The position numbers were made by a program, and so were the translations under genes. The notes under the pieces are model-generated. The model did no database searches. It was not told where the DNA came from and saw only the letters and a program-made list of their open reading frames with translations. A DNA stretch of 64,000 nucleotides, from the NCBI GenBank assembly GCA_035271185.1, contig DATERV010000174.1, positions 7,707 to 71,706 on the forward strand, given 5' to 3'. Shown here in pieces: positions 60,784-64,000 of the stretch (the stretch's first letter is position 1; each line of letters begins with the position of its first letter). Origin of the DNA: Lachnospiraceae bacterium. Its GTDB lineage: Bacteria; Bacillota; Clostridia; Lachnospirales; Lachnospiraceae.

Positions 60784-62253
60784 ATGAACGCAAATTATAC
60801 AAAATTATTTGAAAAGTTAGAAATGACAGAAAGTTTTAAAGGACTGGATCATACAAATCCTTGTATGACACAACGTTTTGGAGCTGATCCCTATGCTTTA
60901 GTATATGGTGATAGAGTATATTTTTACATGACTGGAGATTCTTTTGAATATGATGCAACAGGCAATGTCACGGAGAATACATATAGCAAGATCAATACCA
61001 TACAGGTGATTTCAACCAATGATATGGTTAACTTCACCGATCATGGTTCTATAAAAGCTGCTTCTGGCTTAGGGTGTGCAAAGTGGGCAAGTAATTCCTG
61101 GGCACCTGCAGCTGCATGGAAAGAAATTGATGGAAAGCCTCAGTTCTTTCTCTATTTTGCTGATTCTGCAAGAGGAATTGGAGTACTTACTGCAGATAGT
61201 CCGACAGGTCCTTTCAAGGATCCATTGGATCATGCATTAATCACGAAAAAGGTACCAAACTGTGAAACGATAGAGTGGTTATTTGATCCGGCTGTTCTTG
61301 TTGATGATGATGGAAGAAGTTATCTTTATTTTGGTGGTGGAGTACCAAAGGATAAAATTGAAAGACCTGGAACAGCCAGAGTGGTTGAGCTGGGTGCAGA
61401 TATGATCAGTATTGTGGGTGAACCACAGGTGATTGATGCGCCATATCTATTTGAAGATTCCGGTATCCATAAAGCCGGTAATAAATATTATTACACCTAT
61501 TGTTCCCACTGGCAGGTTGACCAGAAGGGTACTAAGGAATATGGATTCCACAATGGGGAAATAGTGTGTATGGAAAGTAATAGTCCAATGGGGCCTTTTA
61601 CTTTTAAGGAGACGATACTAAAAAACCCAGGTGAGTATTCCGGACTATTTGGTAATAATCATCACTGTGTTTTTTCGTTTCAGGGAAACTGGTATATGAC
61701 TTATCATACCAGAGTATTGGAAAAAGCTATGGGAATTCAAAAAGGTTACCGCTGTACCCATATAGATGGTTTTGAGATGCAGGAAGATGGAACCATTGGG
61801 TTTATCAAGCAGACCTTAGAGGGCAGAGAACAATTGCGTTATGTGAATCCATATGAAGAAAACAGTGCAGTTAATTTTGCTGTCATGGGGGGCGTAAGCA
61901 GTATAGGAGCTGATAGCATCAGCAGCTATTATGGTTGTGGGGATATGGCATTAAGCGATATTCATACCGGTGATTTTATTAAGGTTCAAGGGGTGGATTT
62001 TGGATCAGAGACCCCAAAATCATTTGCAGCCAGTGTGAGAAGATCAACAGAGGATGAGAGCGTAATTCAGATTAGAATAGATGGCTTGGATGGACAGGTT
62101 CTGGGTTATCTTCCTGTTACCGGGGATTTAGAAAAAGAGTTTTCTTTAGAAGCAAGTGTGCTACTTTCTGATACACCTGTGACAGGAGTCCATGATTTGT
62201 TTTTCCTGTTCTATGGGGAAGGATACGAAATAAAGAACTGGAAATTCAATTAA
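60784..62253 (+). CDS. GH43 arabinoxylan arabinofuranohydrolase-like enzyme with C-terminal CBM6-like module
   Basis: RFGADPYALVYGDRVYFYMTGD, WAPAA and FEDSGIHK GH43 motifs. C-terminal ~130 aa are CBM6-like, ending YEIKNWKF. The track start at 60658 adds a low-complexity 42 aa; AAGGAG then ATG 60784 is preferred. No signal peptide. Confidence 0.88.
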   Translation: MNANYTKLFEKLEMTESFKGLDHTNPCMTQRFGADPYALVYGDRVYFYMTGDSFEYDATGNVTENTYSKINTIQVISTNDMVNFTDHGSIKAASGLGCAKWASNSWAPAAAWKEIDGKPQFFLYFADSARGIGVLTADSPTGPFKDPLDHALITKKVPNCETIEWLFDPAVLVDDDGRSYLYFGGGVPKDKIERPGTARVVELGADMISIVGEPQVIDAPYLFEDSGIHKAGNKYYYTYCSHWQVDQKGTKEYGFHNGEIVCMESNSPMGPFTFKETILKNPGEYSGLFGNNHHCVFSFQGNWYMTYHTRVLEKAMGIQKGYRCTHIDGFEMQEDGTIGFIKQTLEGREQLRYVNPYEENSAVNFAVMGGVSSIGADSISSYYGCGDMALSDIHTGDFIKVQGVDFGSETPKSFAASVRRSTEDESVIQIRIDGLDGQVLGYLPVTGDLEKEFSLEASVLLSDTPVTGVHDLFFLFYGEGYEIKNWKFN

Positions 62254-62284
62254 TAAGTGAATGTGAAATAACACAGGGTAATTT

Positions 62285-62333
62285 GGGGTTTACATGAAAG
62301 GCAGACTACCTGCAAGCTTTTCGTTGTAAACCC
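62285..62333 (+). other. Stem-loop downstream of GH43-CBM6 (possible terminator, or a short relative of the palindromic repeat family)
   Basis: GGGTTTACA (62286-62294) pairs with TGTAAACCC (62325-62333). Inner GCAG-ACTAC-CTGC hairpin. The T-tract is weak (CTATTTAC). Confidence 0.4.
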
Positions 62334-62526
62334 TATTTACTATCTTGGGGATTGGAAATATCGAGTGGATCAAAAGTGGAAGCTAATATGAATATGATAA
62401 TAAATCAATTTTAAGTTACTATAAGTCATTGAATTTCTATATAAAAAGAGCATAGTATAGATGTGAATATGTTACTTAACTTAAGGGAAATGGCAGTAAA
62501 CAATATAAATAATTGGGAGGTATAAG

Positions 62527-64000
62527 ATGGAAACAAAAAAGGTAATATTGAGCAAGGAAAATAGTGTACCTTTTCATAACCAGGTTGATTATTGTGTTGG
62601 TACCGGTAGAATGGGACTTGCTTTGCAAAAGGAATATCAGAACCAATTAGCTTTAGTCCAACAGATGATTGGTTTTAAACACATCAGAGGACATGGATTA
62701 TTCTGTGATGACATGGCAATCTATCAGGAAAGAGAAATAGACGGAAAACGTATTGTTGAGTACAACTATACATATCTGGATATTGTAATGGATAGCTATC
62801 AGGAGCTGGGACTAAAGCCTTTTCTGGAATTGGGATTTATGCCAAGCAAGATGGCAAGTGGTACCCAGACTATTTTTTATTGGAAGGGAAATACTACGCC
62901 GCCTAAGTCTTATGATTCCTGGAAGGAATTGATTCAGACACTTCTTTACCATCTAATAGATCGTTATGGGAAAGAGGAAGTACTAACATGGCCTATCGAG
63001 GTTTGGAATGAGCCGAATCTTCCCGGTTTCTGGGAACATGCAGATATGAAAGAGTATTTTAAACTGTTTGAAAACTCATTTACAGCCATTAAAGAAGTGG
63101 ATCAAAGTTTTAGAGTAGGTGGTCCAGCTGTATGTGGTGGTAGTGATGAAGTTTGGATCAAAGCATTTATGGAGTTCTGTCATGAAAAGAAACTAGCGAT
63201 TGACTTTGTTACCAGACACCATTACACTACAGAATTTCCTAAGCCACAGGGCCATTATGGTTATGCAGAGTTGTCTCAGCCTGAAGATGGGTTTACAAAT
63301 CTGCATACTACCAGAGAAATTATTGACAGCTTCCCTGAGTATAAGGGACTCCAGATACATATTACAGAGTATAATACTTCCTATATTCCCAATTGTCCTT
63401 TGCATGATACCAACCAGAACGCTGCATACATCGCAAATCAGCTGTCTAGATTAGGAGAGGATAATGAATCTTATTCTTATTGGACATTTGGTGATATTTT
63501 TGAAGAGCATGGTGTACCATTTACTCCTTTTCATGGGGGATTTGGTCTGGTAGCCAATGGCTGTATTCCTAAACCAACTTTCTGGTCATTTGTATTTTTT
63601 AAATGGCTAAAGAATACTGGAGGCAAGTGTATTTATAGGGATAATCATACAGTTGTCATACTGAATGAAGATGGAAGCTATAAGGGTATCGCATGGAATC
63701 ATACCACTGAGCGAAAAGGAAATACATTTACAATGGAATATTCCTTTAACCTGGAGGAGAAGGAGTATTGTTTCCTACAGCAAAGAGTGGATGAGGATAC
63801 CTGTAATCCATTGAAGGTATGGCATGATTTAGGAGAGCCAGCAAATCCATCGAAGGCTCAAACAGAACTGTTGAAACAGGTAGCAAAACCTTTTGTTACA
63901 ACTGAGCATATAAACGGCAAATCGGAGACTATGCTTAGTATTCATTTGCCTGAGAATGCTGTTGTATACTTTGATTTATTACCTGCAAAAGTGAAATCTG
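62527..64000 (+). CDS. GH39 beta-xylosidase (XynB-like), C-terminus beyond the window
   Basis: Absent from the ORF track because it is open to the edge. My translation from ATG 62527 (GGGAGG SD) reads METKKVILS...DYCVGTGRMGLALQKEY...IEVWNEPNL (acid/base)...HITEYNTSY (nucleophile)...FHGGFGLV. It closely resembles Thermoanaerobacterium XynB. Confidence 0.92.
   Translation, partial: METKKVILSKENSVPFHNQVDYCVGTGRMGLALQKEYQNQLALVQQMIGFKHIRGHGLFCDDMAIYQEREIDGKRIVEYNYTYLDIVMDSYQELGLKPFLELGFMPSKMASGTQTIFYWKGNTTPPKSYDSWKELIQTLLYHLIDRYGKEEVLTWPIEVWNEPNLPGFWEHADMKEYFKLFENSFTAIKEVDQSFRVGGPAVCGGSDEVWIKAFMEFCHEKKLAIDFVTRHHYTTEFPKPQGHYGYAELSQPEDGFTNLHTTREIIDSFPEYKGLQIHITEYNTSYIPNCPLHDTNQNAAYIANQLSRLGEDNESYSYWTFGDIFEEHGVPFTPFHGGFGLVANGCIPKPTFWSFVFFKWLKNTGGKCIYRDNHTVVILNEDGSYKGIAWNHTTERKGNTFTMEYSFNLEEKEYCFLQQRVDEDTCNPLKVWHDLGEPANPSKAQTELLKQVAKPFVTTEHINGKSETMLSIHLPENAVVYFDLLPAKVKS

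Noticed and set aside
63193-63454. ORFs 63193-63405 (minus strand) and 63200-63454 (plus strand) listed in the track
   Set aside because: Both lie inside the GH39 xylosidase gene (frame starting at 62527), which carries unmistakable GH39 motifs. They are alternative-frame artefacts.
1-64000. Mobile genetic elements, prophage, defence systems (RM, CRISPR-Cas, toxin-antitoxin, retron, CBASS-like), tRNA/rRNA genes
   Set aside because: I recognised no transposase, integrase, recombinase, phage structural, nuclease/helicase defence-type or cyclase genes in any frame, and no tRNA-like cloverleaf regions in the short intergenic spaces. The cNMP-binding protein at 1-1935 has no adjacent cyclase or effector that would suggest a signalling defence system.

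Overview
Gene-dense, low-GC, almost entirely plus-strand chromosomal segment. Gene content and synteny suggest a Clostridia (Lachnospiraceae-like) genome; this is inference only. All functional calls come from by-eye motif recognition, and no searches were run.

Layout:
(a) 1-3.3 kb: partial cNMP-binding-domain protein (minus strand), then a small hypothetical and a TetR regulator.
(b) 3.4-7.2 kb: single-chain FGAM synthase (purL).
(c) 7.3-10.3 kb: HHxxxDG acyltransferase, Zn-ribbon membrane protein, alpha/beta esterase.
(d) 10.6-17.7 kb: housekeeping block dgt-dnaG-rpoD-trmK-nif3-nucleoside kinase.
(e) 18-33.3 kb: xylan/arabinoxylan breakdown genes. These are GH8 Rex, GH115, GH3, GH2, GH43, a Cys-rich U32-like protein, an SGNH esterase and a lipoprotein GH10 xylanase.
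(f) 33.3-46 kb: an exporter island contiguous with the GH genes, with no visible terminator between them. It begins with an atypical MacB-type pump: two MFP-like lipoproteins (one an internal tandem duplication), a fused 10-TM double-FtsX permease and two different ATPases. It continues with two type-I ABC exporters carrying N-terminal PH-like plus Zn-ribbon domains, flanking a DUF1854-like gene.
(g) 46-60.3 kb: an AraC regulator (minus strand) and a sugar-importer operon. The operon embeds three large membrane-tethered extracytoplasmic proteins of unknown function (a 985-aa SBP with two CBM-like modules, an NHL propeller, a ~855-aa DUF5696-like protein) and a Yip1 membrane protein. A second permease pair and a lipoprotein SBP follow.
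(h) 60.8-64 kb: GH43+CBM6 and a partial GH39 xylosidase.

No rRNA, tRNA, CRISPR, IS/transposase, integrase or phage genes were seen. The main non-coding feature is a dispersed ~120-bp imperfect-palindrome repeat family at 10313-10433 and 19155-19270 (inverted orientation), with possible shorter relatives at 60501-60566 and 62285-62333.

The best candidates for an undescribed system are the SBP/NHL/Yip1/DUF5696-like module and the composite exporter island.
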